In this document: in pieces, positions 1-7,366 of the stretch | Layout: every line of letters starts with the position of its first letter | Numbering within the stretch: the first letter of the stretch is position 1 | Assembly: GCA_038245785.1 (NCBI GenBank) | Contig: JBBRSB010000051.1 | Location: 1 to 13,742, forward strand | Origin: Gloeobacterales cyanobacterium | GTDB lineage: Bacteria; Cyanobacteriota; Cyanobacteriia; Gloeobacterales; PMM-0068 | Length of the DNA stretch: 13,742 nt | Direction: 5' to 3' | The notes under the pieces: generated by a model | What the model saw: the letters and a program-made list of their open reading frames with translations, nothing else | Told to the model about the DNA's origin: nothing | The model's database searches: none | Program-made: the position numbers and the translations under genes

Positions 1-1161
1 GATGTCACGGTCTTTGATCCCCAGACCCAACAGTGGTCTTTCGTGAAGAAGATGGCTCATGGCCGCTGGTATCCAACCTTAATTACGCTAGGCGATGGCA
101 GTGTTCTGGCTGCTACTGGTCTCGATGAGAATGGAAATGACAACAAGCAATCCTTAGAAGTCTACTCAAAAAATACGGACACCTGGAAATTTCTAAAATT
201 TGTACCAGGGTTTCCGGGTCTACCACTTTACGCTCACCTCTTTCTTTTGGAGGATGGCAAAATCTTCTTTTCCGGCGGTCGTATGGATGATGCGCTCCAG
301 GTAGATCCTTGCATCTTTAATCTAAATACAAATCCAGTTCAAACAAAGCCGGTCCCAGACTTGGTAGATCCTGCCCTTAGAAATCAGTCGGCCAGTGTAC
401 TGTTGCCTCCGGCCCAAGCGCAGAGAGTGATGGTGATTGGCGGAGGTCCAGAGGGCAAAGCAGATAAGACCTATGCGACAGACAAAGTAAGCGTTGTGGA
501 CCTAACAGCCGCAAACCCTGACTACGTTGCGGCTGCGCCCATGCTGCTCGCACGCATGCATTTGAATACCATTTTGCTCCCAGACCATACTGTTTTTGTG
601 AGTGGAGGCTCCCTCAAACAGGAGGATGAGCCTTTGGCAAGACTCCAAGCAGAACTCTATGACCCAGCGACCGACACTTGGCACTTGATGGCTACGGCAG
701 AAGTTCCTCGCCTCTACCACTCCACGGCCCTCCTGCTGCCCGATGGTCGAGTCGTTGCTGCAGGGGGTAATCCTAATGGCGGCCAGTCCGTCACCTGGGA
801 ACCTCCTGATCCTGAAGAGGAGATGCGTCTTGAGATCTTCAGTCCACCCTATTTATTCAAAGGTCTACGTCCCACTATCAATGCAGTACCCACCGAGTGG
901 CAGTACGGCCAAATTGTTACTATCCAGTCCCCGCAGGCAGGAAATATTCGCTGGGCCAGTCTCATCAAAAATGGTGTAACCACCCATTCATTTGACGGTG
1001 GGCAGCGCTTGGTAGACCTGGATATCATTTCCCAGGGAGCTGGGTCGATGCAGGCAAAGGTGACCCAACAGCCTAATCTCGCTCCTCCAGGCTGGTATAT
1101 GCTCTTTCTGACCAATCAGGACAGTATTCCCTCTGTAGCCACCTGGATTCATCTAACCTAG
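1..1161 (+). CDS. Copper radical oxidase (galactose/glyoxal oxidase-like, AA5): kelch propeller plus C-terminal DUF1929 Ig-like domain; 5'-partial
   Basis: Frame +1 is open from base 1 (DVTVFDPQTQQWSFVKKMAHGRWYP), so the true start lies upstream of the window. Kelch repeats (LxDGxV/LLPDGRV...GG) and the copper-ligand motifs RWYP (64-75), RLYHS (709-723) and TTHS (979-990) are present, with C-terminal APPGWYMLF..PSVA typical of DUF1929. Confidence 0.9.
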   Translation, partial: DVTVFDPQTQQWSFVKKMAHGRWYPTLITLGDGSVLAATGLDENGNDNKQSLEVYSKNTDTWKFLKFVPGFPGLPLYAHLFLLEDGKIFFSGGRMDDALQVDPCIFNLNTNPVQTKPVPDLVDPALRNQSASVLLPPAQAQRVMVIGGGPEGKADKTYATDKVSVVDLTAANPDYVAAAPMLLARMHLNTILLPDHTVFVSGGSLKQEDEPLARLQAELYDPATDTWHLMATAEVPRLYHSTALLLPDGRVVAAGGNPNGGQSVTWEPPDPEEEMRLEIFSPPYLFKGLRPTINAVPTEWQYGQIVTIQSPQAGNIRWASLIKNGVTTHSFDGGQRLVDLDIISQGAGSMQAKVTQQPNLAPPGWYMLFLTNQDSIPSVATWIHLT

Positions 1162-1204
1162 TTCGAATTGAGTCGTCTGCTATCAATTGAACTGATGCTA
1201 CTGC

Positions 1205-1233
1205 TTGCCAAAAAAGAGAAACTCGTATATTTT
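1205..1233 (+). promoter_or_regulatory. Candidate sigma70-type promoter for the Zn peptidase gene
   Basis: TTGCCA (1205-1210), 17-nt spacer, TATTTT (1228-1233), upstream of AGGA and the ATG at 1268. Confidence 0.5.
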
Positions 1234-1267
1234 AGTAATTAACGAGCGTAATTTAGGAATACGGCTT

Positions 1268-1942
1268 ATGTATTTCGGTCCTGGTTGGTGGTTGCTTATC
1301 CCTGGCATGCTCCTGATGTTTTGGGCGCAGTCGCAGATCAAGTCAACCTATAGTCGCTACAGTCAAGTAGCCTCTTCTCTGGGAATTACAGGGGCGCAAG
1401 CAGCACGACAGATTTTGGACAACAATGGTCTCCATAACATCGCCGTAGAAGCCGTTCCGGGTGAACTATCTGACCACTATGACCCCTCGGCCAGAGCAGT
1501 GCGCCTCTCTGAAGGGAATTTCTATTCCAACTCTGTAGCCGCTGTTGCCGTCGCTGCCCACGAATGTGGTCACGCACTCCAAGATGCCAAAGGTTACTGG
1601 CCGATGAATGTTCGAGCCGCTTTGGTCCCTGCAGCCAATATCGGTTCTTCTGTTGGCCCAATGTTGGTTTTGGCCGGAATTTTCTTCAGCAGCTTTTCTT
1701 TCCTGGTCAATATCGGTATCCTCTTCTTCGCCGCAGCCCTCCTATTCCACGTAGTCACCCTACCTGTAGAATTCGATGCTTCTAGCCGAGCGTTGAGACT
1801 GGTGGACGGTGAAATGTTGCAAGGGGAAGAAAATCAAGGCGCTAGAAGAGTTCTTAACGCTGCCGCTTGGACCTATGTCGCAACGACTATCTACTCTCTG
1901 CTTCAGCTCGTCCAGCTCTTGATGCTAAGAGATAGCCGTTAG
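1268..1942 (+). CDS. Putative membrane-bound neutral zinc metallopeptidase (YugP / Zn_peptidase_2 family)
   Basis: Motifs G.LSDHYDP, VRLS, AHECGHA (HExxH), TLPVEFDASxRAL and L.AAA.TYVA. The start is moved from the track's TTG (1205) to ATG 1268, which follows TAGGA and gives a family-like N-terminus (MYFGPGWWLLIPG). Confidence 0.92.
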   Translation: MYFGPGWWLLIPGMLLMFWAQSQIKSTYSRYSQVASSLGITGAQAARQILDNNGLHNIAVEAVPGELSDHYDPSARAVRLSEGNFYSNSVAAVAVAAHECGHALQDAKGYWPMNVRAALVPAANIGSSVGPMLVLAGIFFSSFSFLVNIGILFFAAALLFHVVTLPVEFDASSRALRLVDGEMLQGEENQGARRVLNAAAWTYVATTIYSLLQLVQLLMLRDSR

Positions 1943-1955
1943 TCACACGGATAAT

Positions 1956-1990
1956 AAAAATAGGAGCGTGAGCCAATCACGCTCTTTTTT
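1956..1990. terminator. Intrinsic terminator, probably bidirectional, between the convergent peptidase and argB genes
   Basis: GAGCGTGA (1964-1971), GCCAA loop, TCACGCTC (1977-1984), then T6 (1985-1990); an A5 run at 1956-1960 could serve the minus strand. Confidence 0.8.
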
Positions 1991-2003
1991 GTGCAAGTTC
2001 AGC

Positions 2004-2909
2004 CTAATCATCCTCTTGGTCAGGGCGGAGATAGCGCTCTGAAGAAACCAGCATCGTGCCAACTCCTTCGTCTGTAAAAATTTCGAGCAGGAGAGAATGG
2101 AGCAAGCGACCATCGAGGATATGGGCAGAACGTACGCCTTGGGCCAAGGCTCGGATACAGCATTGGAGTTTGGGAATCATTCCGCCTGCCACTACTCCGG
2201 TCTCAATCAGGTGCCGGGCTTTATGCAAATCTAGCTGTGGGATTAGAGAACCGGGGTCATCTTTCTGTTGAAGTAGACCGGGCGTATCGGTGAGCAAAAT
2301 CAATTTTTCTGCTTCCAATGCTGCCGCGAGTTCTCCGGCCGCCGTATCAGCATTGATGTTATACGCTTGGCCTGTGCTATCGGAAGACACACTGGAGATA
2401 ACAGGGATATAGCCAGCCTCTAGCAAGGTGCTAATTAGCTGCACATCAATAGAAGCAATATCTCCAACAAAACCAATTGCATCTCCGTTTTCTGCATAGC
2501 GACGGGCTTGAATCGTCTTGCCATCCCGACCACAGAGCCCAACCGCACGACCTCCGGCCTGATTTATCATTTCTACAATTTCTTTGTTGACCTTTCCGAC
2601 GAGGACCATTTCCACTACTTCCATCGTGGCTCCATCGGTTACCCGGAGGCCATTGACAAACTGGGTAGGGATATTCAAGCGGCTCAACCAAGCATTAATT
2701 TCTGGCCCGCCTCCATGCACAATCACAGGCTTGAGTCCCACCGATGCCAAGAAAACCATATCCCGGATCACTTCTACGCGAAGGTCTTCGCGGGTCATCG
2801 CCGCCCCCCCGTATTTGACAACAACGATTTGTCCGGAAAATTTTTGAATATAGGGAAGGGCTTCAGCAAGAACCTGGACACGGGCAGCAGCAGACAATGG
2901 ATGACTCAT
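2004..2909 (-). CDS. argB: Acetylglutamate kinase (NAGK), cyanobacterial arginine-sensitive type
   Basis: Motifs [45 protein letters not shown] and [15 protein letters not shown]-like AGGGGA upstream of the ATG. Confidence 0.97.
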   Translation of the reverse strand: MSHPLSAAARVQVLAEALPYIQKFSGQIVVVKYGGAAMTREDLRVEVIRDMVFLASVGLKPVIVHGGGPEINAWLSRLNIPTQFVNGLRVTDGATMEVVEMVLVGKVNKEIVEMINQAGGRAVGLCGRDGKTIQARRYAENGDAIGFVGDIASIDVQLISTLLEAGYIPVISSVSSDSTGQAYNINADTAAGELAAALEAEKLILLTDTPGLLQQKDDPGSLIPQLDLHKARHLIETGVVAGGMIPKLQCCIRALAQGVRSAHILDGRLLHSLLLEIFTDEGVGTMLVSSERYLRPDQEDD

Positions 2910-3000
2910 AGGTGTCCCCTAGGCAGATAAAGCTAGTTCAACATTCGCTGATGTAGTCTATTCTGCCGTGAATTGAACTTCCCGTAAACGTTGAGTCCGT

Positions 3001-3957
3001 CTAGAAAGGCCACCACTTTTTGGCAGGGGATTTCTGCTTAGTCGGAGACTTTTGAGAGGAAGGACTGGCATTGCCTTTGGATTTCTGCTCAGGCTTAGAG
3101 CTGGACACTTTTTTACCTATTCCAAGCTGGGCACAAGCAATTTCATCCTTCGGATCTAACTGAAGAGCCCGCTGGAATTCTGCTTTCGCCATGCCGGGAA
3201 ATCCCTGCTCCAGATAGGCAAGCCCTAAATGAGCGTAATAAGTAGAAACGGAAGGAGCAAGACGGGTAGCTTCTTTGAAGGAGCGGATGGCTTCTTTGAA
3301 CTGGCGTTTTTCGACGAGTTCTTTACCCCGCTCAAAGTGTCGTTGGGACCAATTAGAAACATCTGGAGTGGATTCTGCAGAGGATGCAGGAGGCGCAGAA
3401 GGGATATTAGTATCTGAACGGGTTGCTTTGGATACGGAATACTTTTCTAAAGGAATACTTAAAATTAAGAAGCCTAAGTTCACTGTACTTAAAACGTTGG
3501 TTAGGTGGTTATCGTTTAGGTCTTTGTATTGATCTTTTGTAACTTCCTCAATTTCTTTGCGGTAGAGGATTCTCAACTCTTCCATATTGCGCGCAGCAGA
3601 AATTCTTAAGACCTCGGGACAACTGGGAAGAGGGGTTTGGTTATCACGAAATTTTATTGAGGCCAAACGAAGAAGTAAATCGTAATCGCGGCGACGGTCG
3701 CTGTTGCTCAGAGTTTCGAAGGCAGGGTTCACTATTCTACTGAGAAGAAATTCTGCACTCTTTCGCTTTTCCGGATCCCGAACAAAACGGTCAGGATGGA
3801 GTAGCTTCGTTTTACTGCGGTAATTCTTGCGAACCTCGTCGAGATCAGCATCTATAGGCACTCCCAAGACTGCGTAGTGGTCCTGGCTATATTGAGCCAG
3901 TCCCTCGGTCACAAAAGGAGACTGATTTTCGTCGGCGGTGCGTTCCAATGGAGCCAT
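3001..3957 (-). CDS. Class C J-domain protein with C-terminal TPR repeats (DnaJ-TPR co-chaperone)
   Basis: J domain DHYAVLGV...LLHPDRF...VNPAFETLS with an intact HPD motif, a Ser/Pro-rich linker, two TPR units (HFERGKEL...EATRLAP; YAHLGLAY...RALQLDP) and a basic tail ending KKWWPF. Confidence 0.9.
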   Translation of the reverse strand: MAPLERTADENQSPFVTEGLAQYSQDHYAVLGVPIDADLDEVRKNYRSKTKLLHPDRFVRDPEKRKSAEFLLSRIVNPAFETLSNSDRRRDYDLLLRLASIKFRDNQTPLPSCPEVLRISAARNMEELRILYRKEIEEVTKDQYKDLNDNHLTNVLSTVNLGFLILSIPLEKYSVSKATRSDTNIPSAPPASSAESTPDVSNWSQRHFERGKELVEKRQFKEAIRSFKEATRLAPSVSTYYAHLGLAYLEQGFPGMAKAEFQRALQLDPKDEIACAQLGIGKKVSSSKPEQKSKGNASPSSQKSPTKQKSPAKKWWPF

Positions 3958-4329
3958 TTATAGGAGATTTGTTCTAGTTTACCTGCAGAAGATAAGACGC
4001 GTGCTTCCATGCCTAAAACATGTTGTTAGATAGGGGCCTGAGGCCTACTCGAGATCCATGCAGCTTGGCAGGGATAGATAATCGCAAGCCCTTGACCTCT
4101 CTACTGAGTGTTTAAGTTTCATGGCACTGGGCACAAAGCTCATCAATCATCACAGAATTTAGAGTTCCCTTTTGTAGTCGTCTACACAACGAAAGGGATA
4201 TCGTTTATACAGTTTTTTTATGTTTAGAAAGTATCCGAGAGTAGGCAGATATCTTTAAAACCCTAGCCGTCGCACCAATCAGCCTCTACAAAGCATGGCA
4301 AGCTAGAAGAGTCCAGAAAATCAGAAATC

Positions 4330-5247
4330 ATGGCTGGCAAAATTTACGCAGTAACAGGGGCTACGGGTCTAATCGGTAAACGACTCTGTAAAAGGCTCAT
4401 AGCGCGCGGGGACAAAGTCCTTGTCCTCTCTCGCAATCCGCAGGAAGCCAAAAAGAAAATTCCTCAAGCCGCAGGGCACCTCTTGTTCTCGCTGAGCCAA
4501 CCGCTGGAAGCTCAAGCGCTAGAAGGCATTACAGGAATAGTTCATTTGGCGGGTGCCCCCATTTTTGGGAAACGCTGGGATGGGGCCTACAAAAAAGCAA
4601 TCATCGAGAGCCGGGTCAAGGGGACTGAACGAATTATTACGGCCCTAGGGCAGCTCCAGAACAAACCAGAGGTTTTGGTCTGTGCTTCTGCTATCGGTTA
4701 CTACGGCGCCAGGGAGAACACCCCTCTAACCGAAGAGGCTTCTCCAGGCAACGATTTTCTTGCTCAGGTCTGTCTCGCCTGGGAAGCAGCGGCAGCCAAA
4801 GTTTCCGCCCTCGGCATCCGTCGCGTATCTACCCGCCTTGGCATTGTTATGGACGCTAAAGAAGGGGCTTTAGCCCAGATGCTCCCCCCCTTTCAGGCTT
4901 TTGGGGGAGGTCCTTTGGGAGCAGGGACCCAGTGGTTTAGCTGGGTACACGCTGAGGACGTAGTCGGCATTATAGTTTGGGCTTTAGACAATCCCCAAGT
5001 AGAAGGAGCAGTCAATGCTACTTCTCCCAATCCCTTACAAATGGTCGATTTTTGCAAGACTTTGGGCGAAGTTATCCAACGTCCCAGCTGGTTGCCTGTC
5101 CCTAAATTCGCGTTAGAACTCCTGCTAGGGGAAGCAGCCCAAGCGCTTGTTGAAGGCCAAAAAGTGATTCCACAGAAGGCCATGCAAGGAGGTTATACCT
5201 TCCTGTATCCAAGGGCAGACCAGGCCTTGAAAAATTTATTGGGATAG
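4330..5247 (+). CDS. TIGR01777 family (YfcH-like) NAD(P)-dependent oxidoreductase/epimerase with DUF1731
   Basis: VTGATGLIG Rossmann motif, HLAGAPIF..RW, SRVKGT, ASAIGYYG, FLAQVC..WE, G.G.QWFSWVH, and RPSWLPVP.FAL...LGE. Confidence 0.95.
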   Translation: MAGKIYAVTGATGLIGKRLCKRLIARGDKVLVLSRNPQEAKKKIPQAAGHLLFSLSQPLEAQALEGITGIVHLAGAPIFGKRWDGAYKKAIIESRVKGTERIITALGQLQNKPEVLVCASAIGYYGARENTPLTEEASPGNDFLAQVCLAWEAAAAKVSALGIRRVSTRLGIVMDAKEGALAQMLPPFQAFGGGPLGAGTQWFSWVHAEDVVGIIVWALDNPQVEGAVNATSPNPLQMVDFCKTLGEVIQRPSWLPVPKFALELLLGEAAQALVEGQKVIPQKAMQGGYTFLYPRADQALKNLLG

Positions 5248-5372
5248 ACACACAGCAGCTTTCAACGTTTAGTTGAATGCTCTCTCAAGAGTCGGGCGTA
5301 GAAGCGTCAATTCCCTGATGTAATCTTGTACGGTTAGAAATAGGCTGAGATTAATTGAAGTATAGGGGAGCA

Positions 5373-5816
5373 ATGATAGAGCTGAAGACAATCAGGCAAA
5401 TACGTAATTTAGCGACCAAATTTCGCATAGGCGTTGAGAAGTGCGACCGACGAAATCTACCGATCACCTTTGAAGAATTTCCAAAAGGCGCTTGTGGAGA
5501 TGCAGCCCTGTTACTCGGTAAATACTTACACAACGAGGGATTCGGGTCGTTTCAATATGTTTGTGGAATTCGTCGTCTTCGACACGCAAACCAGGAGCAT
5601 GCTTGGCTTCGCCAAGGAGCAGTAATTATAGATATCACCGCCGATCAGTTTTCAGAAATTTATGAGCCCGTTATTGTCACCACCCAGCACACCTGGTATA
5701 ACGCATTTAACATCCGCAATGAACATGAAGCAGATTATGAACTATACGATGACCGCACAAGGTCTATATTTGCCGATGCCTACCGAAGAATCGTCGCCAA
5801 TACAGAAGTGCTGTAG
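5373..5816 (+). CDS. Hypothetical protein with a papain/transglutaminase-like Cys-His-Asp signature
   Basis: ATG 5373 follows AGGGGAG (the track starts at TTG 5355). Motifs FPKGACGDA (Cys codon 5493), HAWL (His 5598) and IIDITADQF (Asp 5631). Confidence 0.75.
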   Translation: MIELKTIRQIRNLATKFRIGVEKCDRRNLPITFEEFPKGACGDAALLLGKYLHNEGFGSFQYVCGIRRLRHANQEHAWLRQGAVIIDITADQFSEIYEPVIVTTQHTWYNAFNIRNEHEADYELYDDRTRSIFADAYRRIVANTEVL

Positions 5817-5823
5817 CACTTCT
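5804..5823. repeat. Perfect 9-bp inverted repeat spanning the stop codon of the hypothetical gene
   Basis: AGAAGTGCT (5804-5812), GT, AGCACTTCT (5815-5823). Confidence 0.85.
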
Positions 5824-6012
5824 CTGAAACAGCATCAAACCTATGGATTCAAAGACAAGAGTGAGGCTGTCCGCTTTGCGCTCCAATCGTTGAAGCAAAA
5901 TTTAGAGCAGGAACATCTGCAAGAGTCTGCTGAACTGTATGCCCAGCTCTACGAAGAAGACCCTGAAATCAAAGACTTAGCTGAAACTGCTTTGGCCGAG
6001 TGGCCAGAATGA
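5821..6012 (+). pseudogene. N-terminally truncated ribbon-helix-helix/CopG-like type II antitoxin remnant
   Basis: LKQHQTYGFKDKSEAVRFALQSLKQNLEQEHLQESAELYAQLYEEDPEIKDLAETALAEWPE has an RHH helix-B pattern (G...KSEAVR.AL) and a very acidic tail, and its stop overlaps a downstream ATG (ATGA, 6009-6012). Upstream in-frame sequence is only the alternative frame of the preceding gene, with no start or RBS of its own. Confidence 0.65.
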
Positions 6013-6098
6013 CAGCATTAAATTCCCCCCCGCGAACTCGGTTATCGCAACCAACAGAGGGGCTTTCGGTTGCGTTCTCAGCTCACTTTGCAGCCTAA

Positions 6099-7346
6099 CT
6101 ATCTAGGCTTCTGTTCATACCAAGCACGAAGAGCCGCTTGCTGAATCTCTTGTAGCGGTTTTCCTGTAGTCTGTGCGAGCTTGCGGCAATCTTCGTATTC
6201 TGGACGGGCTTTGATAATCTTTCCAGCGCGATGACCTAGCTTTAAAGTAACCGTGCCAAATTCAGTTTGGACTTGTTCAAAACTGCGCCCTAAGACAGAA
6301 CGGACCGTAAAAGTCCGGCGTACGCCCAAGGTTGGTGTTTCTAAAAAGATAATTTCTTCGCACAAATCAATCGCTCCAGGCCAACAAAGAACGGTTAACA
6401 ATACGCCTGGACGAGACTTTTTCATCTGCAGTGGAGTAGTAAATACATCCAAAGCTCCGGCATCTAGCAGTTTGTCTAATAGATAGCCAATCGATTGTGC
6501 CTCCATATCGTCTATCTGCGTTTCGAGGAGGGCGATCACTTCCGTGTGTTCATGAGTGGGCTGAACGTGAGACGCATTTCCAGACAGTTCAAGTCCAGTC
6601 GGTTCAGGGGTTCCCAACCAAAGACGGACCATATTGGGAATCGGCAAATCTCTGTCCCCAGCTCCCAGGCCGACACAAGCTACTGTCATCTTCGGAATAC
6701 CGCCAAAACCACGGGCCAGGGTAACGGCTAACGCTGCCCCTGTCGGCGTCACCATTTCTTTTTGGATACCATTATCAAAAGTAGGAACCTTGCCCATCTC
6801 CCAGAGCTTGACAACTGCTGGTGTCGGCACCGGCATCAGACCATGAGACGCTTTCACCGTTCCTCCACCAAAAGGCAGGGCTGAGCAGTAAAGAGCATCC
6901 ACATTCAGCCAATCCAATCCCAAGCAAGAACCGACAATATCAACCAAGGCATCCGTAGCTCCCACTTCATGGAAGTGCACTTCTTCGGGGCTAGTCTCGT
7001 GTACATCACCCTCTGCTTGAGCCAGGGTGGTAAAAACTTGAATCGCCCAATGGGCCGCTCTTTCTGGCAAGCCAGCTTTCTGAATCATCATTCGTATATC
7101 AGGGAGATGGCGATGGTGCTGCCCCGTGTGTTCCGTCAGATGGACTCGCACTTTGGTAGCCTGGACGCCATTTTTTAAAACTTTTTCGCTCTCAAGGCGA
7201 TATTCTTCTTGTAAACCCAGTTTGGCTAGTTCTTGCTCTAGATAGATGAGAGGGACACCCGCATCTACCAAAGCGCCCAAGAACATGTCCCCCGCCAGCC
7301 CTGAGGGGCAGTCTAAATAGGCTATCGTGGGCTCACTGCTTTTCAT
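6099..7346 (-). CDS. larC: Nickel pincer nucleotide cofactor nickel insertase LarC (full-length, single ORF)
   Basis: Motifs YLDCPSGLAGDMFLGAL, His patch HTGQHHRH, VHFHEVGA.DALVDIVG, HG..PVP.PA, VTPTGAA, ETQIDD, MKKSRPG, ET.TLGVR and PEYEDC. Confidence 0.95.
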   Translation of the reverse strand: MKSSEPTIAYLDCPSGLAGDMFLGALVDAGVPLIYLEQELAKLGLQEEYRLESEKVLKNGVQATKVRVHLTEHTGQHHRHLPDIRMMIQKAGLPERAAHWAIQVFTTLAQAEGDVHETSPEEVHFHEVGATDALVDIVGSCLGLDWLNVDALYCSALPFGGGTVKASHGLMPVPTPAVVKLWEMGKVPTFDNGIQKEMVTPTGAALAVTLARGFGGIPKMTVACVGLGAGDRDLPIPNMVRLWLGTPEPTGLELSGNASHVQPTHEHTEVIALLETQIDDMEAQSIGYLLDKLLDAGALDVFTTPLQMKKSRPGVLLTVLCWPGAIDLCEEIIFLETPTLGVRRTFTVRSVLGRSFEQVQTEFGTVTLKLGHRAGKIIKARPEYEDCRKLAQTTGKPLQEIQQAALRAWYEQKPR

Positions 7347-7366
7347 AACATCATTATCTTAAGCCT
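7347..7366. promoter_or_regulatory. Candidate overlapping bidirectional -10 elements between the divergent larC and hydrolase genes
   Basis: Plus strand TATCTT (7355-7360) lies 6 nt before ATG 7367. Minus strand TAAGAT (7361-7356) and GATAAT (7358-7353) lie 9 and 6 nt before ATG 7346. No SD on either side. Confidence 0.45.

Noticed and set aside
1205..1267. 21-aa N-terminal extension of the Zn peptidase from the track's TTG start
   Set aside because: The TTG coincides with a -35-like hexamer, and ATG 1268 has an SD and a family-like N-terminus.
2508..2930. 140-aa antisense ORF over argB, and similar shadow ORFs (e.g. 7463-7894, 8995-9357, 4893-5183, 849-1115)
   Set aside because: They overlap well-supported genes and show no recognisable motifs.
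4112..4150. Minus-strand micro-ORF MIDELCAQCHET containing a CxxCH heme-binding motif
   Set aside because: Only 12 codons (30 between stops), no signal peptide and no cytochrome-like sequence in adjacent frames; most likely chance.
5257..5281. Hairpin TTCAAC-GTTTA-GTTGAA after the TIGR01777 gene as a terminator
   Set aside because: AT-rich 6-bp stem without a U-tract; too weak to call.
5662..5820. N-terminal half of the 116-aa ORF 5662-6012 as real coding sequence
   Set aside because: It overlaps the 5373-5816 gene out of frame and looks like shadow translation; only the part after about 5821 looks like a real protein.
5333..6099. Integron cassette or IS boundaries around the islet (GTTAGAA near 5333, GCCTAAC at 6093-6099, 7-bp inverted TAGGCTG/CAGCCTA)
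   Set aside because: No paired attC structure with L boxes, no integrase or transposase, and no target-site duplication; 7-bp matches are expected by chance.
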